IMG/VR virus record: IMGVR_UViG_3300048590_000292
Span: 4,743-68,742 of that record
Length of the DNA: 64,000 bases
Direction: 5' to 3' (one strand)
DNA from: a virus
Notes under the pieces: model-generated
Databases searched by the model: none
What the model was told of the DNA's origin: nothing
What the model saw: the letters and a program-made list of their open reading frames with translations, nothing else
Program-made: the position numbers and the translations under genes
In this document: one piece after another, positions 7,793 through 17,151 of the stretch
Numbering within the stretch: position 1 is the first letter of the stretch
Layout: every line of letters begins with the position of its first letter

Positions 7793-9814
7793 ATGGAACA
7801 CGCACCAACCTACCACACCCGTAACGGCAACGGCCAAATTAAGCCGGAAATAAAACACGCCCGATTGGGCGCGCCAAACACGATATGGAAGTACACCGAC
7901 GAACGCGGCAACATCATCGGTTATGTGTGCCGTTTCGATACGAAAGACGGCAAAGAGGTTTTGCCATACAGCCTAAAAAATGGCGTTTGGTCATGGTCTG
8001 GATTCGACACGCCGCGCAAACTGTATAACCTAAGGGAACTAACTATTGCGCCCGACATCCCCGTTTTGATTGTTGAGGGCGAAAAAGCCGCCGACGCCGG
8101 GGCAATTCTTTTCCCGGATATGGTTTGCGTGACATGGGTAGGCGGTTCTAATGGATACGCACAGGCAGATTTTACGCCTCTTATGGGCCGGGTGGTTTAT
8201 ATCAGCCCGGACAATGACGATCCGGGCCGAAAGTGCGCGGGCGAGATTGCCGAACTATTGCAAGGCGTAGCCGCCGAAATCCACATCGTTAGCCCCCCGA
8301 AAGGAGCGCCCGAAAAGTGGGACATAGCGGACGCCTTATGGAGCGAATCACAGGCAAGCCAATGGCTACGCACGCACGCAAAAAACCTTGCCCCGTCAAA
8401 GCCGAAGATCAATAATGTTTTTAGCGCCGGGGCCGAAATTGAAGTACAGTACCGCACGGCTGCCGAGGTACTGTTTGCTGCAATACTGCGGGAGCCGCAC
8501 ATCTTCGCCGCTGTTGCGCACAAAATACATCCGGCCTGGTGGAAACAGACGCGCTACGATAAAGCGGCCTGTGCGGTCTTTGAGCAATTCAGGCATCGCA
8601 TTAATTACAGCCCGACAACGATTTGCAAGGCCGGCGGCGATGTTACGGACAAGGACATCTACCTGATAATGCAAAAGCACGCGGATACCGACCTTGAGGC
8701 CGCTATTGCGTTTTTCCTGCCTATTTACCGGCAATGGGTAGAGTTCCGGGCCGCACAATTCGCACAGCATGGTATTTCCCAAAACTGGGAAGCGGAACAA
8801 ATACGGCGGGCGGCGGATGAATTTAGGAGGGATAGTTATGCGTACATAACACAGGCGGAAAACGGAAATGATAAGTTAATTGAATGGGTAAAAACAAAAC
8901 TAAGCGGTAATGAGATTGACTACAAGTGTAAGCCGTCTTTGCGAACATTGATTTGGAGCGGGCAAAAACGGGCATACGAACCAGGGGAGTTTATTTTGGT
9001 AATGGCCCGGCCTGGAATGGGGAAAACTCACTTTATTTTGGATGAGTTGGATAACTTTTCGCGCAACGGTGCAAGGGGGGTATTCATTTCGATGGATATG
9101 AGCAAATTACAGGTGCAAAAACGAATGATCGGCAAATTGACCGGCATTAACCCGGCGGCAACTTGGGTAGGATTGTCGGATTCGGAAATTTTGGCAATTC
9201 AGCAAACCACTGAATACATCGACAATTGGCCGGTTGTTATCGTTGACGACACAGTTGGTTTGAGCGAGATCATATCAATGATTCACGCCGAAAACTACAA
9301 AAGCCCGATTGACTACATTTGCGTAGACTACATTCAACAGATCAAAACAGGGGAAAAGCGCATATCTGAGGAGAAAGAGGTCGGCGACGTATCCGGGGCA
9401 TTGAAACACCTGTGTAAAGTTTTGGGTATTCCGATTATAGCCGCTTGCCAACTAAGTCGGGCTGTTGAATCGCGGGGAGGCTCAAAGCGCCCTCAATTGT
9501 CAGACCTTAGGGGCAGCGGAAAGCTAGAGCAGGACGCAACCGTAGTTATAGCGCCATACCGGGCAGAGTATTACAATATTTTGGAGGATGAAAACGGAAA
9601 CTCATTAAAAGGCCGGGGGGAAATAATCTTCCTGAAAAACCAAAATGACGGGTTATTTCAGCCTAAAATTGTTGGATTCGACGGCATAAAAGGCTGGTAT
9701 GATATTGAGCAAGACCCGTATGAATACCACGACCAAGGCACAACGCTACCCGCTTTTCCGGTAACGGACTTTTCGGCGGCAAGGCCGAAATTGGAGGATA
9801 AAATACCGTTTTAG
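7793..9814 (+). CDS. Primase (TOPRIM)-DnaB helicase fusion
   Basis: TOPRIM VEGEKAAD and PDNDDPG; helicase ARPGMGKT, VDYIQ, QLSRAVE..KRPQLSDLRGSGKLEQDA. Confidence 0.9.
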   Translation: MEHAPTYHTRNGNGQIKPEIKHARLGAPNTIWKYTDERGNIIGYVCRFDTKDGKEVLPYSLKNGVWSWSGFDTPRKLYNLRELTIAPDIPVLIVEGEKAADAGAILFPDMVCVTWVGGSNGYAQADFTPLMGRVVYISPDNDDPGRKCAGEIAELLQGVAAEIHIVSPPKGAPEKWDIADALWSESQASQWLRTHAKNLAPSKPKINNVFSAGAEIEVQYRTAAEVLFAAILREPHIFAAVAHKIHPAWWKQTRYDKAACAVFEQFRHRINYSPTTICKAGGDVTDKDIYLIMQKHADTDLEAAIAFFLPIYRQWVEFRAAQFAQHGISQNWEAEQIRRAADEFRRDSYAYITQAENGNDKLIEWVKTKLSGNEIDYKCKPSLRTLIWSGQKRAYEPGEFILVMARPGMGKTHFILDELDNFSRNGARGVFISMDMSKLQVQKRMIGKLTGINPAATWVGLSDSEILAIQQTTEYIDNWPVVIVDDTVGLSEIISMIHAENYKSPIDYICVDYIQQIKTGEKRISEEKEVGDVSGALKHLCKVLGIPIIAACQLSRAVESRGGSKRPQLSDLRGSGKLEQDATVVIAPYRAEYYNILEDENGNSLKGRGEIIFLKNQNDGLFQPKIVGFDGIKGWYDIEQDPYEYHDQGTTLPAFPVTDFSAARPKLEDKIPF

Positions 9815-9815
9815 C

Positions 9816-10016
9816 ATGAAAGATTTTAAGCAAACAATCGACAACGACGTAATTCCGGTAATAAAACGGATGATTATGCAGGAAGAAATACACCTGTCAA
9901 GGTTGAAAAAAATGAGGCAAACGCCAATGGTTGCCGAATTTATTGAAAATTCAGAATCGGAATTAAGGCGATTGAATACAATGCTAAGGCGGTATGAGAC
10001 TTATTGTTTAAACTAA
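9816..10016 (+). CDS. Hypothetical coiled-coil protein
   Basis: Coupled ORF. Confidence 0.55.
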   Translation: MKDFKQTIDNDVIPVIKRMIMQEEIHLSRLKKMRQTPMVAEFIENSESELRRLNTMLRRYETYCLN

Positions 10017-10022
10017 AAACTC

Positions 10023-10211
10023 ATGGCAGGATTAGCAAGAATTTGCAAAATATACGGCAGTATGGAAGTATCCGGCCCGGACGGCAAAAAAGTGACATGG
10101 CTATGGGATTATGCAAACGACAAGCCGCGCCTGAAAACAGAAATGACTAAGGATGAAATTGCCGCAAGCGAACGGGCGAAGTGGGAGCAGTTGGCAGGCC
10201 TTAAAAAATAA
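10023..10211 (+). CDS. Hypothetical protein
   Basis: ORF with an A-rich leader. Confidence 0.6.
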   Translation: MAGLARICKIYGSMEVSGPDGKKVTWLWDYANDKPRLKTEMTKDEIAASERAKWEQLAGLKK

Positions 10212-10259
10212 TCCGTACAACTTTCCGAAAAGGTAGTACATTTGTCAAAATTTAAGACA

Positions 10260-10511
10260 ATGGCAGAACAAACGGAAAGGAAAGAACCACAGAGCCGGGT
10301 ATGTGTACCCCTTTCGATAAGGCAATGGATCGAAGGGGCCAACAAGTTTAACAAGGCAAACGGGAAGCGTTTGTTTTCGATTCAGCGTGTTATTCAGGTC
10401 ATAGTTGACGCGGCGGGGGAAAACCCGGCGGCATTTCTGGCAAACGTAGATGAGGCCCGACTAACCGACACGCGCCACAATTCAGGTAGGAAGACAAAGC
10501 AAAAAGATTAG
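10260..10511 (+). CDS. Putative ribbon-helix-helix regulator
   Basis: SRVCVPLSIRQWIE beta-alpha pattern, second helix SIQRVIQVIV; own promoter TACATTTG at 10237. Confidence 0.4.
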   Translation: MAEQTERKEPQSRVCVPLSIRQWIEGANKFNKANGKRLFSIQRVIQVIVDAAGENPAAFLANVDEARLTDTRHNSGRKTKQKD

Positions 10512-10533
10512 GTAATTGGTGTATATTTTGAGG

Positions 10534-10567
10534 TTCCGCACTTTGGAAACAGGGTGCGGATTTTTTT
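10534..10567 (+). terminator. Rho-independent terminator
   Basis: tccgcac...gtgcgga followed by a T-run. Confidence 0.65.
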
Positions 10568-10632
10568 ATTTAAAAATGTTTGTACAATTAAATAAATGTA
10601 CGGATATTTGCAGGACAAAATTTTACACCACC

Positions 10633-13284
10633 ATGCAAGAAGATTTAGATCAATTCCTTGACCGATACCAAAGTTTTTTGGAATCGAAGATCAAGCGTTC
10701 GCCCGAATACGGGTTCGACGTAGACGAAAAAGACCTGCACCCGTCTTTATTCCCTCACCAGGTCGCATCCGTTAAATGGATGGTAAAGGGCGGGCGCCGA
10801 CTTTTGGCGAAGTCATTTGGCCTTGGGAAAACCAGAGTTCAGATTGAAACCGTCCGGCAGATTATCAACAAAGAAGGCGGAAAAGGATTGTTTGTTTGCC
10901 CGCTTGGCATCCGGCAGGAGTTCACCCAAAAAGACGGCCCGGCGATGGGCGTTAACATTGTATATTGCCGCAACATGGAAGAAGTTGCCGCCGCCGGCAC
11001 CGATTACATTATTACCAATTACGAGCGAGTGCGTGACGGCCAAATCATTCCGGCTGGCTTTACGGTCATTTCCTTAGATGAGGGCAGCGTATTACGGTCA
11101 TACGGCACCAAGACTACACAACAGTTTATGGATTTGTGCCACGACGTAAAGTATCGGTTCATCGCCACCGCTACCCCGGCTCCAAACCGATATCTTGAAC
11201 TTGTCAACTATGCCCACTTTTTGGGCATAATGGATCGTGGACAGATACTTACCAGGTTCTTTCAACGCGATAGCAAAAAGGCGGGAAACCTTACACTTTA
11301 CCCGCACAAAGAAGAGGAGTTCTGGTTTTGGCTATGCGGTTGGGCGATGCTGATTTACAAGCCGTCCGATCTTGGTTTTTCGGATAAAGGATATGACCTG
11401 CCGGAATTGAAAGTGTTTTATCACGAGATACCAGCCGATCACTCGAAGGCATGGGACAAGACCGACCAAAACGGGAACCGCTATCTTTTCCAACACGAGG
11501 CGATGGGCTTAGTAGCGGGCGCGGCTGAAAAGCGGGAAACGATAGTTCCACGACTTGAAAAGGCAAAAGAAGTTATTGCCGAATTTGGAGCAGATGAACA
11601 TTGGTTAATATGGCACCACCTGGAAAACGAGCGCCGCGACATTGAAAAGCAGATACCCGGCGCGTTGTCTGTTTTCGGCTCACAAGACTTGGAAGTCAGA
11701 GAGCAGCGAATTATGGATTTTTCCGACGGCAAGTTTAAAATACTTGCAACCAAACCGGAGATCAGCGGTAGCGGGTGCAACTTTCAACAGCACTGCCATC
11801 TGAATTTGTTTTTAGGCGTTAACTACGATTTCAACGATTTCATACAATCTATTCACCGAACACAGCGCTTTTTGCAAAAGCACCCGGTTGAGGTGCATAT
11901 TATTCACACCGAAACCGAGCGCAGCATCGTTAAAGAACTACGCAAAAAATGGGCGCAACACGAATACTTACAACAAAAGATGCGGGACGTGGTATCCCAA
12001 TTCGGTTTAAATCAATACGCCACGACTGCTAAACTAACTCGCTCAATCGGCCTTAACAGGCAGGAAGCATCCGGTAAAAACTGGAGATATATAAACAATG
12101 ATACGGTAGTTGAAACCGCTAAAATGGAGAGCAATTCTGTCCATTTTATTCATACAAGTATTCCATTCGCAAATCATTACGAATACACGCCATCTTATAA
12201 CGATTTTGGGCACACCGAAAACGATGATCACTTTGAGGCGCAAATGGACTTTTTAACCCCCAATTTATTACGGGTATTGAAACCGGGTCGCTGTTGTGCG
12301 GTTCATGTTAAAGACCGTATTTTTTACGGGAAAGTAACCGGGTACGGAATGAGTACCGTTAACCCGTTCCATGCAAAAACGCTTTTCCATTTTATGAAAC
12401 ATGGTTTTTTGTACATGGGAATGGTAACTGTAACGACCGACGTAGTAAGCGAGAATAACCAGACATACCGGCTTACCTACGGCGAGATGCTGAAAGATTC
12501 TACAAAGATGGGGTTTGGCTCCCCTGAGTACATTCTGCTTTTCCGTAAAATGCCAACCAGTACAGAAAATGCGTATGCCGATGATCCTGTGACGCACGAC
12601 AAAGAAGATTACAGCCTGGCCCGTTGGCAATTGAACGCAGACGCCAACTGGAGATCATCTGGCAACAGGCAACTTGGCCCGGAAGAACTTACGGCACTGG
12701 TAGCGCTGGCAGACAAAGAAAAAGGGCTGCAAAAGGTACGGGCTAAGTTCCTTGAATTTTTCCGCGAAAACGTCTACGACTTTGAAACGCACGTTGCCGT
12801 CGGCGAAGCACTGGAAGAAAAAAAGCGCTTACCAAAAACATTCTCCCTTTTGACGCCGCAAACAAAATCGGAGTTTGTTTGGGATGACATTATCAGGATG
12901 CGTACTTTGAATTTGCAGCAGGCGAAAAACGTTCGGGAAAAGCACGTTTGCCCTTTGCAACTTGACTTGGTTGAACGTCTTATTTTGCAGTTTACCAAAC
13001 CGGGAGAAGTGGTATATGATCCGTTTGGCGGTATCGCCACCGTTCCGTATTGCGCCGTTAAATTAGGCCGCTATGGTATCGGGAGCGAGTTAAACGGCGG
13101 CTATTGGCGCGACGGTATTTCTTACCTGAAAGAAGCGGAATACAGCCGTGATATTCCGACCTTGTTTGATGTTTTGGACGTAGTTAACGCGCCGGAACAG
13201 CAAGCGCCGGTCGAAAACGTTGGTATGGCAAGAGGTAAAGAAGTGATTGAGCAATATGCAAATAGTCACGCCATAAACGATTAA
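10633..13284 (+). CDS. SNF2-like helicase fused to an N4/N6 DNA methyltransferase
   Basis: FGLGKT, LDEGS, TATPAPN and a HELICc region; MTase TSIPF (SPPF-like) and DPFGGIAT. Confidence 0.85.
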   Translation: MQEDLDQFLDRYQSFLESKIKRSPEYGFDVDEKDLHPSLFPHQVASVKWMVKGGRRLLAKSFGLGKTRVQIETVRQIINKEGGKGLFVCPLGIRQEFTQKDGPAMGVNIVYCRNMEEVAAAGTDYIITNYERVRDGQIIPAGFTVISLDEGSVLRSYGTKTTQQFMDLCHDVKYRFIATATPAPNRYLELVNYAHFLGIMDRGQILTRFFQRDSKKAGNLTLYPHKEEEFWFWLCGWAMLIYKPSDLGFSDKGYDLPELKVFYHEIPADHSKAWDKTDQNGNRYLFQHEAMGLVAGAAEKRETIVPRLEKAKEVIAEFGADEHWLIWHHLENERRDIEKQIPGALSVFGSQDLEVREQRIMDFSDGKFKILATKPEISGSGCNFQQHCHLNLFLGVNYDFNDFIQSIHRTQRFLQKHPVEVHIIHTETERSIVKELRKKWAQHEYLQQKMRDVVSQFGLNQYATTAKLTRSIGLNRQEASGKNWRYINNDTVVETAKMESNSVHFIHTSIPFANHYEYTPSYNDFGHTENDDHFEAQMDFLTPNLLRVLKPGRCCAVHVKDRIFYGKVTGYGMSTVNPFHAKTLFHFMKHGFLYMGMVTVTTDVVSENNQTYRLTYGEMLKDSTKMGFGSPEYILLFRKMPTSTENAYADDPVTHDKEDYSLARWQLNADANWRSSGNRQLGPEELTALVALADKEKGLQKVRAKFLEFFRENVYDFETHVAVGEALEEKKRLPKTFSLLTPQTKSEFVWDDIIRMRTLNLQQAKNVREKHVCPLQLDLVERLILQFTKPGEVVYDPFGGIATVPYCAVKLGRYGIGSELNGGYWRDGISYLKEAEYSRDIPTLFDVLDVVNAPEQQAPVENVGMARGKEVIEQYANSHAIND

Positions 13285-13410
13285 AACCTATTAACTTCGC
13301 CACAGACTTTTCATGAGATATTACGGGAGCGCCTCCAAAAGTGGGGGCGCATTTTGTTTTAATCGGGGGAATGGTTATATTTATCTTTCATTTGGTATTT
13401 TTGGGGAAAT

Positions 13411-13449
13411 AGCCCGGCGAGTTGTGAAACTTTCCGGGCATTTTTTTTT
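13411..13449 (+). terminator. Rho-independent terminator
   Basis: gcccgg...ccgggc followed by T9. Confidence 0.6.
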
Positions 13450-13494
13450 GGGTAAAATTAGGAAGTGATAAATAAATGTACTACTTTTGTGTGA

Positions 13495-13611
13495 ATGAAA
13501 CGCATACTAACGCACCTAATCAACGACTACCGTACACGGTGGATAATTGCCGGGTTAATTGTCGTCACGGTGCTGGCATATTGCGGGGCAACAAAACAAG
13601 TGTTTGGATGA
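13495..13611 (+). CDS. Small single-TM protein (38 aa)
   Basis: MKRILTHLINDYRTRWIIAGLIVVTVLAYCG...; promoter TACTTTTG at 13482. Confidence 0.5.
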   Translation: MKRILTHLINDYRTRWIIAGLIVVTVLAYCGATKQVFG

Positions 13612-13820
13612 AAAAAGATCAAAACGGATTTTGGCGGCAACAAAGAGCCTTTGTGGCCATAAATAGGCGCGGAATACCGCTTGTTTATTCAATATCTACC
13701 AGCGCGGATAATTGCCGAAAAAACGTAGAAGATGCTGTTGGTTCTGACTGGAAAACCTGTGTTAAGTTGCACGGGCTGAAGGTGAAAAAATGTTCACTTC
13801 AAATTGATGTTTGGGAATGA
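13608..13820 (+). CDS. Hypothetical protein
   Basis: ATGA-coupled start MKKDQ. Confidence 0.55.
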   Translation: MKKDQNGFWRQQRAFVAINRRGIPLVYSISTSADNCRKNVEDAVGSDWKTCVKLHGLKVKKCSLQIDVWE

Positions 13821-13978
13821 GATACCTAATTACTTCCCCCGATCACGAGCCGTTCCTTACTTGGTATTTCGACGTAGAAAATCATTTCGTTGACGGGATG
13901 ACGGTTTACGACACAACCGCACGTTTGTACACGACAGACGGGAAACGTTGGAAGCCCATAAACGAGGATCAATTATGA
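13817..13978 (+). CDS. Hypothetical protein, 53 aa (MRYLITSPDHEPF...)
   Basis: ATGA overlaps at both ends; not in the ORF track. Confidence 0.55.
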   Translation: MRYLITSPDHEPFLTWYFDVENHFVDGMTVYDTTARLYTTDGKRWKPINEDQL

Positions 13979-14367
13979 AAAACGAAACGAAATTAACCGC
14001 CGCCGATTTGGCGATGTACTTTGGGGCTGAATGCGAATACCAACTTCCACACACGCCGGAAGACGAGGTAATAAACACGCACATAACCGCCCGCGAGATC
14101 AACAATATTAATCTTGAGCGATACACGTACTTTAAACCCATCCTTCGCCCGCTGGCAGATATGACGGAGGATGAGGCGATGGAGTGGGCAGGATTTTTCG
14201 GGGCGCAAAGTGCAATGTCTACACAGTTGGACAAGGCAGATTTTGCCCGTAGATTAATGGGAAATGATTACTGTTCCCCACAGTCCGTTAGATACCTTCT
14301 TTCCCGCAACTTCGACCTGTTCGGCTGGATTGAAGCCGGTTTGGCCATTGACAAAACGAAAATTTAA
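13975..14367 (+). CDS. Hypothetical phage protein
   Basis: KPILRPLADMTEDE...YLLS..FDLFG.I..GLAID motif. Confidence 0.7.
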   Translation: MKNETKLTAADLAMYFGAECEYQLPHTPEDEVINTHITAREINNINLERYTYFKPILRPLADMTEDEAMEWAGFFGAQSAMSTQLDKADFARRLMGNDYCSPQSVRYLLSRNFDLFGWIEAGLAIDKTKI

Positions 14368-14372
14368 ACGAA

Positions 14373-14771
14373 ATGACAAAAGAAGAACTTGCAGCAGTGC
14401 TCAACGGTCGCCAACGAGGCGACGAAACAACGCCGGAAATTGAGCGCCTGGCAAAAGAAAGCGGGCTTTGCATCGCATTTGGCGCGTCCGATGACCTGTT
14501 AGAGTTTCGGGGAACGGTTTACGATGAGGTGGGGTCATGGAACGGAGCAAAGGCTTTTCTAACTCCTAAAGGCAATGTAAAGCAAAGCCCTAAGCCGGGC
14601 CGTATATGCGTGCAGTCGTCTTGGTGTCCTAAAGATATAAACGGGAAGGTTTGGGTATCGTGGTTAATCCAAGTTCAAACAGAGGTAAATTTTGCCACGT
14701 TTGACATTTTCGAGGATGGCGAATTGTATTGCCGGGGTTGCGTGTTTAACTTTAAGCCTGTTGAGCCATGA
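14373..14771 (+). CDS. Hypothetical phage protein
   Basis: FGASDDLLEFRG...ATFDIFEDGELYCRG motif. Confidence 0.75.
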   Translation: MTKEELAAVLNGRQRGDETTPEIERLAKESGLCIAFGASDDLLEFRGTVYDEVGSWNGAKAFLTPKGNVKQSPKPGRICVQSSWCPKDINGKVWVSWLIQVQTEVNFATFDIFEDGELYCRGCVFNFKPVEP

Positions 14772-14977
14772 AACTTCCCGGACTTGTCCAATTTCGCAAA
14801 TGCAGCCTCACCGACAAAGAACTTGCCGAGAAGGTCGCCGAGGGTTTGAATAAAATGTACACCGAACCCGTATCCGTACCATCCCGCCATATCCCGGCGC
14901 AGCCAAACAACGATTTTGATTTGATCGTTGCTGAGTTGATTGTCCGGTTTTTGGAAGCAAAAAACATTGAAGTATGA
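14768..14977 (+). CDS. Hypothetical protein
   Basis: ATGA-coupled. Confidence 0.55.
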   Translation: MKLPGLVQFRKCSLTDKELAEKVAEGLNKMYTEPVSVPSRHIPAQPNNDFDLIVAELIVRFLEAKNIEV

Positions 14978-15555
14978 CCACACCAAGCCCAATCTACATA
15001 GGCTGCGACCCCGCTTTCCGCATTCGCGGGTTTGTTGTTTGTATCCTGAACATGGAAAGCAAACAGGCCGAATTTCTGACGACGGATTACGACCGTTACC
15101 GGGATTGGATCACAGGCCCGGATGCGCCGGAAATCGGCGGGGCGTGCATCGAAAACAGTGCTTTGCAGAACAAACTATTCTACACGCACAAAAGCCAGAC
15201 CGGGGCGCTACTTACGGCGCAGCAGGCGAAATTCATCCCCGGCGCTAAGAAGTTGAATACTGCCGAACTTTGTAGCGCCGCTATGGCAGTAGGCAAAAAT
15301 CAGGCGATCAGCGAAATGTCGTACCGGGTAACGGTAATGAAATACGGCGTTGCGCGGGTGTTTGGCGTTTCGCCGTTGGAAAAAGGCAAGAAGATCACAG
15401 ACCCGCGAATGTTCGCCGGTTATGTTAACTCATACGGCGTCACGCTCGTAAACTACGGCGGTTCGCAGGATGAAAGGGACGCTTTCAAAATGGCAGTCAT
15501 GGCCGTAGATAAGGCCAAAATGGCGGCACGGTACATAAAACAGACAACGCCATGA
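14974..15555 (+). CDS. RuvC-like (RNase H fold) resolvase/nuclease
   Basis: IYIGCDP...G, IEN, and C-terminal QDERDA acidic motifs. Confidence 0.55.
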   Translation: MTTPSPIYIGCDPAFRIRGFVVCILNMESKQAEFLTTDYDRYRDWITGPDAPEIGGACIENSALQNKLFYTHKSQTGALLTAQQAKFIPGAKKLNTAELCSAAMAVGKNQAISEMSYRVTVMKYGVARVFGVSPLEKGKKITDPRMFAGYVNSYGVTLVNYGGSQDERDAFKMAVMAVDKAKMAARYIKQTTP

Positions 15556-15752
15556 CCTACAAAGCACTTAGATACACATCGGGAGAATGGGTCGTAATAT
15601 TCGACGACTTCGGCCCGTCCGAAATATTGACAACCGGAATACCTGCTCTTATGTCGGAGGATACGACGATGGAAATCCTTAGGGGGTTTTACGATCAAAT
15701 AGACTTTTCCGGCATCGAACTTGTCACACTGGAAATAAATGTCAGACCTTAA
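15552..15752 (+). CDS. Hypothetical protein
   Basis: ATGA-coupled. Confidence 0.55.
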   Translation: MTYKALRYTSGEWVVIFDDFGPSEILTTGIPALMSEDTTMEILRGFYDQIDFSGIELVTLEINVRP

Positions 15753-16161
15753 ACTAACCTACTTTGGCCGCGTCACGCCGGAAGGGGAAATTAAACTCCC
15801 CGGCGCTAAGATGCGAAAAGAGGCGACAGCGTTCGCGGGTAAGGATATTGAAGTGACGGTGCAACGGAAAAAGAAACACCGAAGCGACCCGCAAAACCGC
15901 TACTATTGGGGCGTTGTGGTAGAGATGATCCGGGCCGGGATGAAAGACATGGGAGACGCGGTTACGCCTGACCAAGTGCATGAGTTTTTGAAATGGCGGT
16001 TTCTGCGAACGCAAAAGGTAGATGAATCAACAGGCGAGGTTTTGTATGAATACGCAGGCAGTAGCCGGAAATTAGGTACTATTGCTTTTGCTGAATATAT
16101 TGAAAGTTGCTGCAAATTTGCCGGGGAATTTTTAGGGGTTGAAATCCCGTTACCGATGTAA
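15739..16161 (+). CDS. ninB: NinB-like recombination protein
   Basis: RSDPQNRYYW...HEFLK..FL...SSRKL...F.EYIE motif. Confidence 0.7.
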   Translation: MSDLKLTYFGRVTPEGEIKLPGAKMRKEATAFAGKDIEVTVQRKKKHRSDPQNRYYWGVVVEMIRAGMKDMGDAVTPDQVHEFLKWRFLRTQKVDESTGEVLYEYAGSSRKLGTIAFAEYIESCCKFAGEFLGVEIPLPM

Positions 16162-16175
16162 AATAGAAATGCGAA

Positions 16176-16349
16176 ATGGCAAGAATAACGGTATCATATA
16201 TGCGAGAACTTGAGCAAAAGTTACGCCGCGAAGAAATCACATACTCTCGCATGGTTGAATTACTGAATGAGAGGGCAATGGAAAGCAAAGTAGGAAAGAT
16301 AACCCGCACCGGCGGCACGTCAATGGTTGACCCCATCGGCGGCACGTAG
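16176..16349 (+). CDS. Small hypothetical protein (57 aa) running into the first attC-like site
   Basis: MARITVSYMRELEQKLRREE...; not in the ORF track. Confidence 0.5.
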   Translation: MARITVSYMRELEQKLRREEITYSRMVELLNERAMESKVGKITRTGGTSMVDPIGGT

Positions 16350-16476
16350 CGGCGCATTCGCGGCAAAGGTTGTGCGTGATTTATGCCGCCGGTTGTGGGG
16401 TTTAACGGTCTGCACTGCCGAAGTGCTACGTTTAGGCGGCATGAACGGCAGTGCAGGGTTCTAAGAATTTGAAAAT

Positions 16477-16728
16477 ATGACAATACTTGATCGAATAAAA
16501 CTTTGGCAAACAGCATCCCTTTCACTTGTCTGTGATGACCTTTTTGAGATGGGCTATTGCTGTACAATTTCCTATGAACTTTTGCCGAACGGAAAGTGGA
16601 TTTCAATCTCTATTGAAAAGGACGGTAAAAAATGGGGCGGCATTGGTGGAAGTCGCCTTGAAGTAGCGCGTAATAGGTTGGTTGAATGGGCTGACCGCCA
16701 AGGAATACGCGATTTTATAATTTCTTAG
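16477..16728 (+). CDS. Cassette 1 hypothetical protein (83 aa)
   Basis: Stop TAG lies inside the inverse core TTCTTAGAAC; AT-rich. Confidence 0.7.
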   Translation: MTILDRIKLWQTASLSLVCDDLFEMGYCCTISYELLPNGKWISISIEKDGKKWGGIGGSRLEVARNRLVEWADRQGIRDFIIS

Positions 16729-16818
16729 AACTGATGCATGAACGCCGTGCAAGGTTTACGCCGCATGGGCGGCCATGCGGTGTTAGCCGATTTTGTACCC
16801 TTATTTCGTATTATTAGT

Positions 16819-17151
16819 ATGGAAAATCTTGACTTAAAAATTCGGGCTTGGTTGGTTGAGGAAGGTTATTTATTTCCTGAAACCGACGATGAAATAGCAA
16901 AAGCGATTGCAGAATGCGAAGCAAATCCACCTGAAATTCCGGCGCATTTAGACAACCCTCTTTTATTTTTACAGGATGCAAAAATTAGGTTTGGGTTGGA
17001 GGCACAGGGGCATATTCCTACAATCGAAGCAATGCTGAAAGAGTGGGGAGGGTCATCAAAATACGCATGGGAGGCAATCGGGAAAAAAATTGGATGGTGT
17101 CCGTTTTCCGCTTGCGCCTCTTATTTATCTTATATTTTACGTCACGGCTAA
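16819..17151 (+). CDS. Cassette 2 hypothetical protein (110 aa, MENLDLKIRAW...)
   Basis: Stop TAA lies inside the inverse core CGGCTAAC. Confidence 0.7.
   Translation: MENLDLKIRAWLVEEGYLFPETDDEIAKAIAECEANPPEIPAHLDNPLLFLQDAKIRFGLEAQGHIPTIEAMLKEWGGSSKYAWEAIGKKIGWCPFSACASYLSYILRHG

Noticed and set aside
10516-10632. N-terminal extension of the SNF2-MTase ORF
   Set aside because: It overlaps a terminator and a promoter-like box; ATG 10633 is the more plausible start.
16738-16818. Upstream start of the 137-aa ORF
   Set aside because: It lies within the attC-like hairpin; ATG 16819 inside the cassette is preferred.
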